DNA of 60,907 nucleotides, filler included, from Sphacelaria rigidula (lineage: Eukaryota): the NCBI GenBank assembly GCA_964200075.2. It is 6 parts of 6 records of this genome, joined end to end, with 100 filler letters (N's around TTAATTAATTAA, not from the genome) between each part and the next. Parts side by side here need not be neighbours in the genome. Positions count along the whole stretch, not along the records: positions 30,507 to 40,573 come from CAXNAA020007214.1; positions 40,674 to 50,740 come from CAXNAA020007215.1; positions 50,841 to 60,907 come from CAXNAA020007216.1; 3 more parts are not named here. One strand, written 5' to 3'. Under the pieces are notes generated by a model. The model did no database searches and was not told the DNA's origin. It saw nothing but the letters and a program-made list of their open reading frames with translations. The translations under genes were made by a program, and so were the position numbers. Below are positions 38,467 through 51,802 of the stretch, piece by piece (position 1 is the stretch's first letter; each line of letters starts with the position of its first letter).

Positions 38467-39875
38467 GGAAGGAGACTACGGCCCGGGCTACATGACGATC
38501 ATGAAGAGTTACCCTAACCTGCGCGACACGCCAGACCATCCTCGGAAGGCGATACCGGACCACACGCTCAGTCAACACCGTCTTTGCACTGACGCGGCGG
38601 GACCCCGAATCAAGAACGGCTGCAACAGCGTCGGTGAGTGAACTCGGTAGCGAGGGTCGGTCATCGTCTCTTCAGCTGGCGGGGGAAGGGTTGTTTGAAC
38701 GTGTGGGCTGGTTACTGGTTGCGATGTGGGGGGCCGGAGGGAAGAAACGTCCATTTCGGGTCGAGTCATTACGACTTGTTTCGGGATCAAAGAACAGACA
38801 TGATCGTGCATTTTCTTCTCTACCGGACGCTAGTGGTGTTTCCGGCAGTCGTGCTTTCCACGCACTATGGGCAGATAGAGGGCTGAGGCAGACGTTACCG
38901 CCATACTCCCGTTCACGACCGTCGGGGTTTATCGCCCATTAGGACCTCTCGATAACCTACCCATGCTCCAGTTTCTTCGTCGGGTGTTTCTTCTTACTGC
39001 CCCCCCCCCCCAAGTCTGCTTCCCACTAACATCGCAGCTGAACTGCCGGAGGGACTAACGGCAGACAGACTCTATGAGAGAAGAATGCAGGAGTTGGCAG
39101 AAGAAGTTGTGGAGATCGGCAAGTCTTCGGATGTCAAGTTCGACTGGAACCTTTCCTTGTACAAACTTGAACCTGTCCTCCCAACCGTTTACCTACCTGC
39201 CTCAGCGGGGGTGGGGGAGGGGCCAGGAGCGGGTGGGGTCGTTCCGAGACCGGCTATTTCGGTAGTGCTCAACGTGGAAGTTGGAGAGTTCGTCGCGCTT
39301 CCGACGTCTCCGAAAGAAAAAGAATCGGTGTCAGATGGGAAAGTACTGTCCACAGCTCCAGGAGAGGGGGGTGACGAGTTGACGTTACATGGTACATGCC
39401 TGCGAGAGTTTCTGACAAATGCGGACGTTCGGAGTATTGTAAGGGGAGATGGACAGAGGAGTACCTTATGGGGGGTGGGAGGCGGGTACCTTTCATTGGC
39501 TCAGAGAGCGTTGCGGCTGTCAGCTCGAAATTCTTGAGCCTTACCAAGCAGGGCAAGATGCCGAAGCACGTTTGGGCTTCTGTCGCAGAGAGTACTTTGC
39601 CGGGGGCAGAGGGTAAAAGTGAGGACGATGAAGAGGAGGAGGAGGGTGAGGAGGAGAAGGACGACGAAGGGGACGAAGAGAGAGAGGACATGGTGGAGGC
39701 AGGGGTTCGCGAGACAGCAAGCCCGGTATTGCCGACTCTCCCTCTCGCAGACCCTCCCGTGCCTGTAGTACCACGCCCGCGTGTGGAGCCACCCCCCGAA
39801 GTACAGCGCAATGCTGCGTACTACGACTACGCAGGGATGGTCGGCCAGCAAACGCTGAATCGAGCAATTAGTTGA
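38467..39875 (+). pseudogene. unknown spliced gene (exons 38467-38633 and 39038-39875) with a frameshift; acidic and Pro-rich C-terminus
   Basis: cag|...|gtgagt, then CTAAC branch point and gcag acceptor in matching phase; ORF 39085-39537 overlaps ORF 39396-39875 (EDDEEEEEGEEEKDDEG). Confidence 0.55.
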
Positions 39876-40203
39876 GAAAAGCATTTAGAGATGAGAAACG
39901 GCGGAGAGCGGTAGAATTGTAAAGCGATAGAGCAGGCTTGATGCTGTTTTCTCAAGCGTATTGGTACGTGCACTTCTCGTTTGGGTCGTGTCTGGGAGGG
40001 TATGACATGCTGAGGCATGGTTTTGCGTGCTATATAATACCTCCTTCGAGTGGCATAGTGTAATGCCTGGCTGGGTGATGGCCTCGACTTGCGACCACTG
40101 AGCGTGGTATGACGCATGCGCACTGACAGGTACCAACTATGAGTCGCGCATCGCATCGTTTGGGACAAGACGGACGTAATCCGCATTTTTGGGACATTCC
40201 GTT

Positions 40204-40483
40204 CACTTGAACCAAGCACCTTTCTTATAGGCTCGAGAAAATCAACACAAGAAGGCGGAAAAATTCGGAACAATTTGAAAAATATGCACATGAAACACGT
40301 AAATGTTGGCCGCCGAAGCTTGCGCCCCAACCCGAATGATGAACGTGCGTGTTTTCACCGCTTCCAATTCTGGGTGATTGGTGACACGAACTGTTTTGCC
40401 AAAGAATTGACCACAAAGAAAACTGGTCCTCCGTTTGAAATACTCACTCTGAATCCGAAACTACGCTCTGAATCTCACGAATA
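40204..40483 (-). repeat. right copy of 280-bp inverted repeat
   Basis: reverse complement of 30631-30911. Confidence 0.93.
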
Positions 40484-40573
40484 TGGTGTTAACCGCACTT
40501 GCCTCTCCCCGCCCCCCTCGCCTGGTCCGGCGGAAACCCGGCGTGCTCCGTCCCGGCTTTGTAGGGGCGGACC

Positions 40574-40673
40574 NNNNNNNNNNNNNNNNNNNNNNNNNNN
40601 NNNNNNNNNNNNNNNNNTTAATTAATTAANNNNNNNNNNNNNNNNNNNNNNNNNNNNNNNNNNNNNNNNNNNN
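40574..40673. other. artificial contig-joining spacer
   Basis: identical 100-bp spacer. Confidence 0.97.
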
Positions 40674-42774
40674 CTGCCTCATGGGTGCCTTACCATTTAA
40701 ACACTACGTGGGGGGGTATTTGATTGCACGAAAAAAGAGGCTCAAAAGTGTGTCAGACGACTTGCCACACTCGCGATGTGCTTGTATTTGGTTCATAACG
40801 TTGCCAATCGTTATAAATGAGCGTTATTTATCTATAACAAGATCGTTCGAGCAACCGTGGATGATTTCAACGACGATTTGCCTTGGATTTTCGTCCAAAA
40901 AGTGCCCCGAAATACCCCATCCCTATCGTAGGATGAATCGGCAACAAACAAGAAGCACGACGATGTACACATGTAGGACACCGCAAAATGAGAAAACAGC
41001 CGTAGGGGGGGGAGGGGGGTATTCCAAATCCGCCAAGGTGAGCTCATCGCTCGCCGCGTCGCCGAGGGATGCGGGCAGTATGTCGTAGCAACTGATGTTC
41101 AGGGCTACGATCTAGTATCTGAGCAGATCGGGCGAAGGGGGTGCTGGCAGGCAGCAAGGGCAGCGGCATATGGAAGGGGGGCGTGGGCTGTGTCCGAAGG
41201 CGTCTCTCCTACAAGGAAAAATGTTCTAGCTCGAGTATTGTTTCCATTGTACGGCAAAAAATCATATTTTGCACTGATGAAGGGAGACATGGTGCGCTAG
41301 GAATACCTGCGCGGTTACGGGGGCACTCCTCTCTCCTTGACAAGGGGCGGGGATCATCTGGTACTACAGGGAAAAGCTCAATCGGGCCGAACTGAAGCGA
41401 TGATGTCAAACATCTTAGGGTGATCACGTAAAACTCGTGGGTTTTCATCCGAGGGTAAATTTTAACGCTATAACCATAGTACTCCTCACGGGAGTCATCT
41501 TTTGATACAGGAAAATATCAATCAGGCCTGACTGAAGTGACGTGGGCAAACATCGTGGTGTGTCACGCAAAACTCGTGGGCTTACATCCGAAGGCAACGT
41601 TCGTCGCTAAAACCACAGTTCGTTGATTGTAAGGCGAGTCCTGAAAGGGGGCTTGATTTGTAGTACCGTTGACGGAAAACAAAAAGTATACACCGTGACA
41701 AGTAAATTGGTGAGGCGAAGTTGTCCCAGAATGGCGGAAATCGACTACTGCAGACTCGAATCAATTGTGCCAACGCCAACAACGCGACGTCCGATATTAT
41801 ATGCATGTGCTGTAACACGGGGAAGCTGTTGTTTCCACGACTGATGGTTCAGGTTCCCATACCTCAGAACCATGCTGCGCGGTTAGGTGCCGCGACAGAC
41901 AAAAGGGCGCGGGCGGGGGAGGGGGGGGTTGCGCATCTACAAATATTTGAGGTGCTCGTCTAGGTACAGGGGGGGCGCTTTATGGCAGCACAAGGCACAT
42001 CAACCGAGTGCTACTACAGTATGAACCGTCGAAACCAACTGTTAACTTGCACCCGTGTAATAGTGGTCGGCGGACAAACACACAGTCTACTATTGTACAA
42101 TGCAACTAGGCCCAGTATAACCCGACGCCTAGAGCAGTCAGAATAACGGGGGCACCTCACTAAATACAAGTGAAAGGCGCAGAAAAAAAAAAACGACTTG
42201 CTGACTACAGTGCAGCTTGAGCAGACAAACACAACGCCAAGCAACACGAGTAAGACTTTACCAACCAGGCAGAACAAAGTCCGTTTCGACGCCGATGGTC
42301 ATAATTATACCCTAGGGTATGGCTAAATGCGTTGGCTGGGGTTTCTTAGTATGAGTGCCAGGGGATACCATGGTTCCAGCTCACCAAGCTCCCAACGTGG
42401 GCACAATCGTACAGACCTTAGCTATCCATCAAGCACACAATACAGTAGGTTATTTCGTGGATACTGCTGGTTGGAGACTCACATGTTGATGACAACATAT
42501 CATACCTACAAGCAGCTCTTTAACTCAGTGCAGCCGGGGCGCAGCCATAGGAGCAGAGCGTAGCGATGGTGCCAGAGTAGCAGGAGTAACTATTCATAGG
42601 CCAGCGAACAAGGCAGGTCAGCAGGTGACAAGATGTGGCGATGGCTTCCAGTCAAGCCCAGTTTCTCGCCACAATAATGATAATAATAGCAAACGCGAAC
42701 GCGTCACGGAACCTAAGGGCTACGAGCAGACCCTCACATCGTGATATCTTGCAACTCCACCGAGCTTCATCACA

Positions 42775-42852
42775 GTTCAGCGATCCTTTTCCCTCATCGA
42801 CCGTGAAGTCGAGTTTTGTGCACCCACGACATAGTCGCTCTCCACTGTTGAA
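42775..42852 (-). mobile_element. SINE body fragment
   Basis: CCCTCATCGACCGTGAAGTCGAGTTTTGTGCACCCACGACATAGTCGCTCTCCACTGTTGA matches about 25100-25163. Confidence 0.7.
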
Positions 42853-43597
42853 CCCAAGGATTCTCCCTTTTTTATCCAGTGCCAAGGCACCATGCGTTCC
42901 ATGCCGACTATTGTCGTGTATTCACGCACAAGATCCTGTATAGTATCCGGACGCGCGGACCTGACGCAACGTGCATTGCGGCTGACGTTATGCAATATCT
43001 CGACGCGGACCTTGTGTAACGCGCATTACACGTAGCGGGTTACTGGGTGTGTGTCCGGGGAACATCGCGAGCGGCAGCTTCCAGAAGCCTGTCTGTACCT
43101 TGCGGCCACGCACGTTACTTAGCTTGAGACGCTGTGCTCACTTGTGTTACAGAACCAGGCGGGTTCGAAAATGCGGATGGATTACATTACGGAGCGTCGG
43201 CCGTGACGTGCTGATAAAAGGTGTACCAGTGGCCACCTGTGGATGCCTTTGGCCTTCGAATGTAGTCTTTAGGCGAGTGGATGTGCTCCGGCTAAGGGTG
43301 GAATGCATCTTACAAGAAACGATAGCCAATCGTAGTATAAATTGCGGGAACGGTAGCTGAGCAACCCCGCAACCCCCTGGACCTGCTCTTTCTCGTGATG
43401 GGGCTATCGTTCATGTGACGTGCTATTACTTCCAACCATCCGCACGCGTCCACTCTCTTAGAAACTACCTTCGACAGCCGACAGTACAGGACAGAACAGA
43501 AACCCCAGTCAGGTTCACCACCATGTCAATTGTTTTAGCTGTAGGATTCCGCATAACCTGAGCACCATTGATGGTAGAGAGCGACAGCTGGGAGGGA

Positions 43598-43629
43598 ATA
43601 TATATATGTATATATATATATATATATAC
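43598..43629. repeat. (TA)n microsatellite
   Basis: direct reading. Confidence 0.9.
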
Positions 43630-44272
43630 GAGAGTTTCGCGGCTTCACCGCCACGATTGGTGGATCGACAGCCAAGATACATGAGCACCGGTGATAGCTG
43701 TGTGCGCTGCGTAGTAGCAAAGGTCATGGTTTGGAGAAGAAGCTGTAGCTGCTCACCAGCTGAGCATGTGCGTGACGATTTAATTCTTCAATTGATATGG
43801 ATTCCAAAAATGAATATTTTCCCCCGTTTGTGGTCCAAAAAAGGAAAACATAGGTGTCCCGTTCACAGGGATACATGCAAAGGCTCGACGATCGACAAAC
43901 AACGCAACTCCATCAAACGTGAACCTCGGGAACTCATTGCCCCCGCAAAACTCACACACGCACACACACACACACACAGGTCGAGCCGTAGCTACTCGTC
44001 GCCTGAGCTGTGCATGACCTGGCATGAATCTTTTCATAATTTAACGAGAAGTAAATGAGGATGTGTGTGAGACGCGTGAGAACCGGCGAAAATTGCGTGC
44101 GTTGCGTAGCGGCGCAGGTCATGCTTCAAAGAAAAGTACCTGCTCATCAGCTGAACACGTTGTTTATCCGTTCGATCGCGAGAGTAGGTCATCCGTTCAT
44201 GAGGAAATGTTTCAGATAAAACTGATGCTGATTCCAGAGATGACCCATGCTCGCGGTCAAATAGTTACGGCC

Positions 44273-44493
44273 TGTGACGCCAGCCAGAAGAAAACTGCTG
44301 GATCACTACTTTTTGAGGGACTCCACAGTCTCACTGGCCTCAGTTTTAGTTGTGAGCAGTTACAACATTTCATTATCCGGAGTGCCCTCCTTGTGGGCAC
44401 AGCCTCTTAGACCTGTGAGATATCACCCCCATGCCCCCGGTCATTATTCAGATCATATCTACCAACTCAACGTAACGGCGCATTTTCGTCACA
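44273..44493 (-). repeat. 3' LTR
   Basis: TGTGACGCCAGCCAGAAGAAAACTGCTGGAT...GTCACA; adjacent G-rich PPT-like tract on the minus strand. Confidence 0.9.
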
Positions 44494-47400
44494 GCACCCC
44501 CACAGCGCGTTGGACGAGAATCGAACAACAAGCTTGACACATGGGAAACGCCAAAGCGGTCAGCAAGTCACAACTAAATACCAAACTCACGCGTAATGCG
44601 AGCAGCAACGGCACGAGTCATGCGCAATTCACGCAATTCCTTCGTGAGAAATTCCGGAGCGGCCTCGAAAATATCCTCGAAAGGCTCCCATGTACGCTTC
44701 TTCACTTCGACTCCAACCCAGTCAACCAACACGATCAACGAACGATCGTCTGCTTCTGCCATTCGGACAATACCAGCTAAATGAAATTACCCCTGATTAA
44801 AAGCATGCTGGAACACGTCCTTAACGTCAGCCATAACATGAAGCTGCGAGCCTGCATGAAAACACAAACGAGCTACATGGGCGGTCTGAACACGACCCGC
44901 AACAATGTTCTGGATCTCAAACACGTGCGGGTGGTGAGCACCAACAGTTCTCCACGGACCAGTCCACGTCGCCATCAACTTGGGCGTAACGCCCGGACGA
45001 CGCACGCGTGCATACAAGACATTGTCGCCGACCTCAAAATTCGGCAATTCCAGCCCCGACAAGGACCCCTCACGTCTACGCGCACGTTCAGCGGCAACAC
45101 GCTCCTGCACTTGAACGTGCAAATGTTCTTGCAAGCCCAAGGCTCCTTGCAACGCACGCCTAATTCGACCATCATCCAAGACATCACAATTCCATTCTCC
45201 CGCCGACGAAAACGCCAGTACCGAGAAAGACGTCCGAGGAGCATGGCTAAACATCACATGGTACGGCGTACTATCGTAACGACGACGATACACTGTATTG
45301 AGCGTCCATTCCACCGCAGGCAACACGGTCATCCACTCGGAAACCGCTCTATGCTGCTCGAGAAGATTAGAGCGAAGAGCACGAACTACTTCCTTGATCA
45401 TGCGTTCGCACGTGCCGTTAGACCACGGAGTATACTCAACCGCAAACTGGTGATCAACGTGCAAAGCCTCTCGCAATCGGGCAAAGATCGCATTCTTGAA
45501 ATGCGTGGCGGTGTCAATCACCCACACACGCGCCACCCCCAAAGGTTTGCACCAATTGAGCAAAGATGCAGCAGGCGATTGGGCAGTACACACTGCTACT
45601 GATTCCAGAGACACGAAGTTGCTCAAATCATCCATTATCACCAAAATGGATCGAAACCCAGCATTCTCCGACAATCCTTAGGAAGCTAGCGGGTCACTCT
45701 CGCCCACGTACAAGAAGTCAAAATGAACGACTTCATTCGGCATGATCCCATGGACCGTTTCACCGAGCGGGCGGGGAACAACTTCGCCCACCCTCGAGTC
45801 AGCACAGTGAGAACACTGGCGGAAACGTTCGTGCACATAAGTTTCCATCCCCTGCCAAATACAAAACTCCTGCAAGTGCACGAGCTTCGCGGCCACACCA
45901 CGATGCCCGGCGTCGCGCAAGTGCGCGCAGATCATCAGACGTACCTGCAATTGCTTGTCAGAGCTCAGAATCCACAAAACGTTTCGACCACGCACATGCA
46001 CACGAAACAGACCTTCATTGTCGAAGAAAGTAGTACCAACGTCCGACGCGAAAGATTGCACATCCGCCTCTTCGACCCCAAGGTCTTTTCGTTGCGCTTG
46101 GTGGACAAACGATTTTGACGGCATCGAGCCATCAAGTTCACACGGACCATACACAGCCACAGCATGCACAGGTAAAACCGGAATATTCACCCAACGCGAA
46201 AGCAAGTCACCCCACGCGTTACGGTCACCCGAAATGTGGCAAATCGAGTAACGATACTGGCCAAGAACACCTTTCCAACCCTCCAAACGTTGTGCCAACG
46301 TCTTCGACACAGACGAAACGCACGCTTCCGGGTTGAAAATTTACACGATCTCGGTGATACGTGAAAATGTGCACGCCATCCCACAAAAGATGCTCCAAAT
46401 GACGAAAAGTGCTCGCGATAGCAAGCATTCCTCGTCATTTGTGGCCCAACGCAACTACGAACCCTTGAAACTACCACTGAGGGAAACCAGCGATTCATGC
46501 GTCATATGCTCGACCGGCAAGCATCGCTGCATTTCAAATTCAGGCACCTGAGTGACAAAACTACCCCAATGGCACTCAGATGCATCCGGAAACATCAACA
46601 CCAGGCAATCAGGACGAGGATGGAACAGCGTAGCGGCATGAGCCACCAGATCCTTCGTTGCTGCCCACGCCTGTAGCCTGCCCTCGGTCCACGGTGCAGT
46701 CGGAATAGCGCGGTTTTTTGCCACGCGCTTCGTCCGCCTCGCAGCACCCGCCATGAGTTCTTCGGAGAAAACACGCAAGGGAGCGACGATTTCTGCCATA
46801 CGTGGCAACGAGGTACGCAGCCAATTCACGGCCTGAAGAAATTGCATGAGTTCTGCGACCGTCTCCTGGCGCCGCATGTCAGACAAGCCTTGCAATCCGA
46901 CAGGGTCAGGAGATACGCGTCCGTGGGAGTACATTTTCCCACACCACACGAGTTCACCAGCGAAAAGAGTACACTTGTGCGCAGCCGCAAACAAACCAAC
47001 ACACTCTAAGCGAGCACTCAACAGATCAAGCATGTCCAACTCTTGGTTGGGAATCACACCTCGTGACTTCTCAACCTGCTCATTCACGGCCTTGTAGTCG
47101 CTTACCAGGCGGAACGAGTCCTTCTTCGGAATCATCATAGCCGGACTGGACCACATCGCCTGCAAGTTCCGATGGACCAATCCGAGCGCCAATGGAGCCG
47201 CCATGCACGACGCCAACCAGCTCGACTTTAACGGATCGTACTGCTGCGGCTTCGTCTTCACCGTGGACATCCCAGGTTTTAGCTGAACACGCATGGGCTT
47301 CACTCGCGCAGGGGGGTCAACCGGCAGCGCACGACGAAACGTGTTGACGCGACAATGCAAGATGCCGCGCAGGCGCTCCGCTTTTGAGACGCTGAGTACT

Positions 47401-49618
47401 TTCGCCACAGCATCCGTCGCGCTCTCCTTCAGCGCGATCTTCCGAGCGGACTCCTCTTCCGCCGGATCCATGAATATCTTCGGGCCACGGTTCACCAAGC
47501 GTTCCAACGCCCCATCCTGCTCCTCGGTCACCTGTCCCCCAGTCTCCTACAAAGCATCCACCGACAATATCACGCGACGACTGCCCAAAAGGGCGGGCAT
47601 CTCCACGCGCGGGTCAGGCGGAGACATCCGTGTCTTCATGGAGACCCACAACCGCGCATACGGGTCGACTCCAAGATCCTGAAGCATGGGCAACCTCAGA
47701 AGAATGACGCCATCCCACCCCGGCATGATCGCAAACGAGATCGGAGGCAACGGCGCCGGCCCCCAGGAAGTCATGAAAGCCAGCTGCAGCGGAACAGTAC
47801 GCTCCGAGACGGAAACATACTGACCCGACGCGGTGACGGCCTGCCGCGCGCCGAGCGAAAACGAATTGTGCAGCGGCACACCCGGGAAAGGATGCTCCAA
47901 CACCTCTACCATTTGCACCGACACGCTCATATGACTCGTGAAGTGGGCGCCAGAATCCAACACAGCCCGAACCGGGATGGCTCCGTACTCCCGTTGATTT
48001 TGAAGACACAGCTCCGCAGGAACGTATTTATGCGCAAACTCTACTGGTATATCACCCGCCGACCGATGCGCCGCTAATCCCACTTGACGTCACGGCTGCG
48101 CAACCTGCGCTGGCGAAGACACCCCGGCAGGTTCAAACGGCACCGCCGGCGAGTACGACCCCCAGCCAGCAGGCGAAGAGTTTGGCGAAACTCCGACCAG
48201 CGCATCAGCAGGCGTCGCGCCTGGCGCTGCTGCTGGCGTCGCCACCGGCGCCACCACCGGCGCCGGCGCAGTGTTCGACACTGTAGAAGTCGGTCCCTCC
48301 TGTACCGCCCGTTGCGGAGCAGCAGCACCTACGGCGGCGCCGGACCCAGAACCAGACCCATGCTGACGCCGCTGCCCCTGCTGCTGCTGCTGCTGCTGAG
48401 ACCTCGACTGCGACCCTCGACCACCGGAGGATCTGCCGCCGCCATCACCCCGATCATCTCATCCTTTGCTCTTGTACTGACGATGCTGATGGCGCGCGGC
48501 ATGAGACTGCCCAAACTCCCCACCGGAAGACGTTGGGCTATCGCGCGCGTAATGGTCGACCTGGCCACAGTGGTGGCAAGTGATGGTCGCGGCGCGGCCG
48601 GCCGATTTCAAGCCGTGGTGGCGAGAAGACTTTGACGAGGAGGTGGACGACTGGCCGAACACCCCTATCTTCCGCCACTCCTTGGCCTCGGCCACGACGG
48701 TGTCCATTACCAGGTATGGATCGGCCTTCGAATTTGTTTCGTGCTGCAACTTGACCAGCACGGCTTGCTGAGACTTTTCCGGCGCCAACCCCTCCTCCAA
48801 AGTCTTGGTGATAACTGCAGCCAGACCGGGAATGAACTCACCATCGGGGGAACAATACTCTTGTTCATCGTTCGGATATTTTGTGACGTACTTCTCCAGA
48901 TTGGACAAGATTGGCTCCACGCGCTCTAGCACCATCTTTCCCCGAGACGACATGGCGACAGCTTTCGCCGCAGCCGCGAACGCTTGGGTCAGCTGCACCC
49001 CGGCGCCCGCCGAATGCCTAGCATGCTTTTTGATCGCCGCAACCAATCGTGGCGGGATGGTTGTGCTCTCATCATTTTTCACACGAGCAAACACTCTCTG
49101 CACGTGCGTCGGCACGTGTTAAGCCATCGACACCACCTGATGTCGCACAGCACCCCCTGCGTTAACGTGCTCCACACGCTTCTTGTACTCCAAGCACTTG
49201 ATGTAGGAAGTGCAGGATGCACTCTCGGACTACTACTTATCCCCGTATTGGGGAGGTCGCCATTCTTCCCGCATAACCACGGGCGTTGCGCTGGACGCAG
49301 CACGCGAGCCGGTCGCCATAGCAGCAGCCGGCTACCTGCGAACCTTTCGCAGACCAGCGGACCGTCGCGCATTGCACACGTCACACTTCCTGCGTCGCCG
49401 CACCACACAGTCGTAGGACCCTCCAAACTCCCGCTGCACGCAGCTTCAGCAAGTCTTCAGTCTGGATCAATCACACGCCAGCCGCCTTTCTGCAGCTACC
49501 TCAGCTTGAACCCCCTCCACGCGTCCGTGATGAATCAGGTTGTCCCCAGCTTCCAACCTCTTCCATCGAAATTCGTCCAACAGGAGGTTCCGTGAGGTAC
49601 TAGAACTAATATCGATAA

Positions 49619-49859
49619 TGTGACGCCAGCCAGAAGAAAACTGCTGGATACTGCTGTTTGAGAGACTCCCCAGTCAGTCTTTACAGCATTTCATTATCCG
49701 GAGTGCCCTTGCAAGTACAACCTCTTAGACCCACAGGGTATCACCCCGTGTCCCCGGTCATGATCCAGAATCCTCCCAGAATCCTTCAGAATACCCGTGC
49801 CCCCAGTCATCATCCAGATTATCACTACCAACTCAACGTGACGGCATAATTTTGTCACA
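49619..49859 (-). repeat. 5' LTR
   Basis: same termini as 44273-44493, with internal indels. Confidence 0.9.
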
Positions 49860-50670
49860 TACCTCGGACTAATTGATGGCCCGAGATGCGATCCACCACC
49901 ACACGCTCAAGAGGGCCGTTGGCATCTTCAACCATCATGTGATCCGGCGGAGCTTTGGCCGCATAGTTGGTCAGCACGTACTGACTGAGATCCATTGGCA
50001 AATTGTTTGGGCATGTCGGTTGTATCATGTGGGGGCAGACACGGTGTACGCTTAACCATCAAAACTCGGCTTTTGGGTTTGATGCCAGGTTCATCCCTGG
50101 GAAAATCTATATACAAAAGTTCCTCGTCTACCGGACTATTGTCAGGTGCGGTATCACAGGGCCCAACCGCCGAGGTTTTTCAAGGACCAGTCCAATTCCA
50201 GGGTATTTTTTCCTTCAACACCTTATAAAATCGTACCACATCATATTCAAGGCGAAGACGATTACTAACAGAAGTATGGTATTCCGCAATATCTCGATCC
50301 AAATTTTGATGGCCTCCGAAAGGTTTCCTTTCGAACACCGTCAGTGACAACCTGGGCATAAGATCAATATGAAATTCGTCGGGAGCCAATCCCGTGGCGG
50401 CATTGACTGAAATGTTGTAGTTCATCTGAACAAGGGGCAAGAGCAAGTCCCAGCGCGTTTGTCCTTTGTTGGTTACCGTTGCAAGCATTCGAGCCATCGC
50501 ATGATTCACTTGCTTAGTGCCGCCGTTTGTGGACGAGAGCTAGTAAAAATGCGATGGGCAACCAGGAGGTTACTGATCGCGGCAGAAAGTCTGCCAGCGA
50601 AATGCTGGCCGTTGTCGGACAACAAGCGTTTGGGTACACCCCATTGTGGAATGTAGGTGTACATAAAGAC
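49860..50670 (-). mobile_element. degenerate integrase of a second, different Ty3/gypsy family
   Basis: YIPQWGVPKRLLSDNGQHF, NHAMARML, WDLLLPLVQMNYNISVNAATGLAP, NWTGP; stops and frameshifts. Confidence 0.88.
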
Positions 50671-50740
50671 GTGTAACAACAAATTGTGAGAATTGAGGTT
50701 TAACTTCGAGATGAGGCTCAAGCCTAAAACAGTGCTTTCC

Positions 50741-50840
50741 NNNNNNNNNNNNNNNNNNNNNNNNNNNNNNNNNNNNNNNNNNNNTTAATTAATTAANNNN
50801 NNNNNNNNNNNNNNNNNNNNNNNNNNNNNNNNNNNNNNNN
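50741..50840. other. artificial contig-joining spacer
   Basis: identical 100-bp spacer. Confidence 0.97.
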
Positions 50841-51688
50841 AACAAATGGCCCAAAATACCCCCCCCCCTATCGTAGGATGACTCCGGTGTAGTCCGGTGT
50901 TGAATGCCAACACGCGACGGGCCCTGTTCTACGATGAACAAAATGAAATGGGATTGATATAGTGTGCAGTAGTCCTTCATACGGCTGCGTACTGTAAAGA
51001 CGATTCCGTGCAAGATCTTTGTAGACATCTCGGCGTTGTACTGAAAGCAAACACGAACACGTTTACGTACGGATGCAGCTAGTACTCCAGAGCAAGACGC
51101 CTCGACGTTTCCTTCTACTCCAAAATACTCGGGCGACTCATGTCTCATACGGCGGCAGAAAACTTGTGAACGGCTCTACTAAGGCAAGGATCTTGCCCGC
51201 GCTATATGTTCGTCTGAATCCGTGTTCTTGCGATAGCTTGCATCGAGCTGAACCTCAACCCAAAATATCGAACCGGGGCGAGGAGCTTCGACCACCGGCG
51301 GGAATGATTCACCCATTCGCCGGACCTCCCAAAAACGTGAAAACGAAGTCTGGCTGGGTTTCCTCTCAGGAAATCTACCTGAAGACTGGTAACATGCTAC
51401 GCCTTTTCTCCCAGCATGTATATCCGCCGAGTGATGAAGCTAAGGTTGTACGTGGCGTCTAAATCTCAACCTAATCTACACCCTCCTTACGCTGACCTTA
51501 AGCGTTAAATGTATCTCAAAGTCTACGCAGAGACTCTAAACTCAGACCCGAACCCGAGCCCGGGCCCAAGTCCTACCCACAAACCCAATGCGTAACCGCG
51601 GCTCTACTAGATTATGTGTCCCGGATCTGATCCTGCCCTACTCTTTGCCTTCTATTCCTACGATGACTACCGCAATCTAGATTTGTAC

Positions 51689-51802
51689 CTGCTGCGCTTC
51701 TGCCTCCGACCGCTGCACGCCCATCTCTTCCAGAAGGATCTCCGTGCCTTGCTTCTTAGCTTCCACATCCTTCATTTTCAGCTTTAGGTCACCACGTAGA
51801 GT
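51689..51802 (-). CDS. dynein heavy chain exon (stalk coiled coil)
   Basis: [38 protein letters not shown]. Confidence 0.88.

Larger units (their letters stand above)
44273..49859 (-). mobile_element. defective Ty3/gypsy LTR retrotransposon with chromodomain
   Basis: two TG...CA LTRs; gag with knuckle CHHCGQVDHYARDS; protease VLDSGA; RT SSPAMMIPKKDSFRLVSDYKAVN; RNase H FPDASECHWG; integrase H-H-C-C, WVIDTATHF, SNGTCERM, WTGPW; chromodomain VDWVG...TWEPFED; several stops and frameshifts. Confidence 0.95.
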
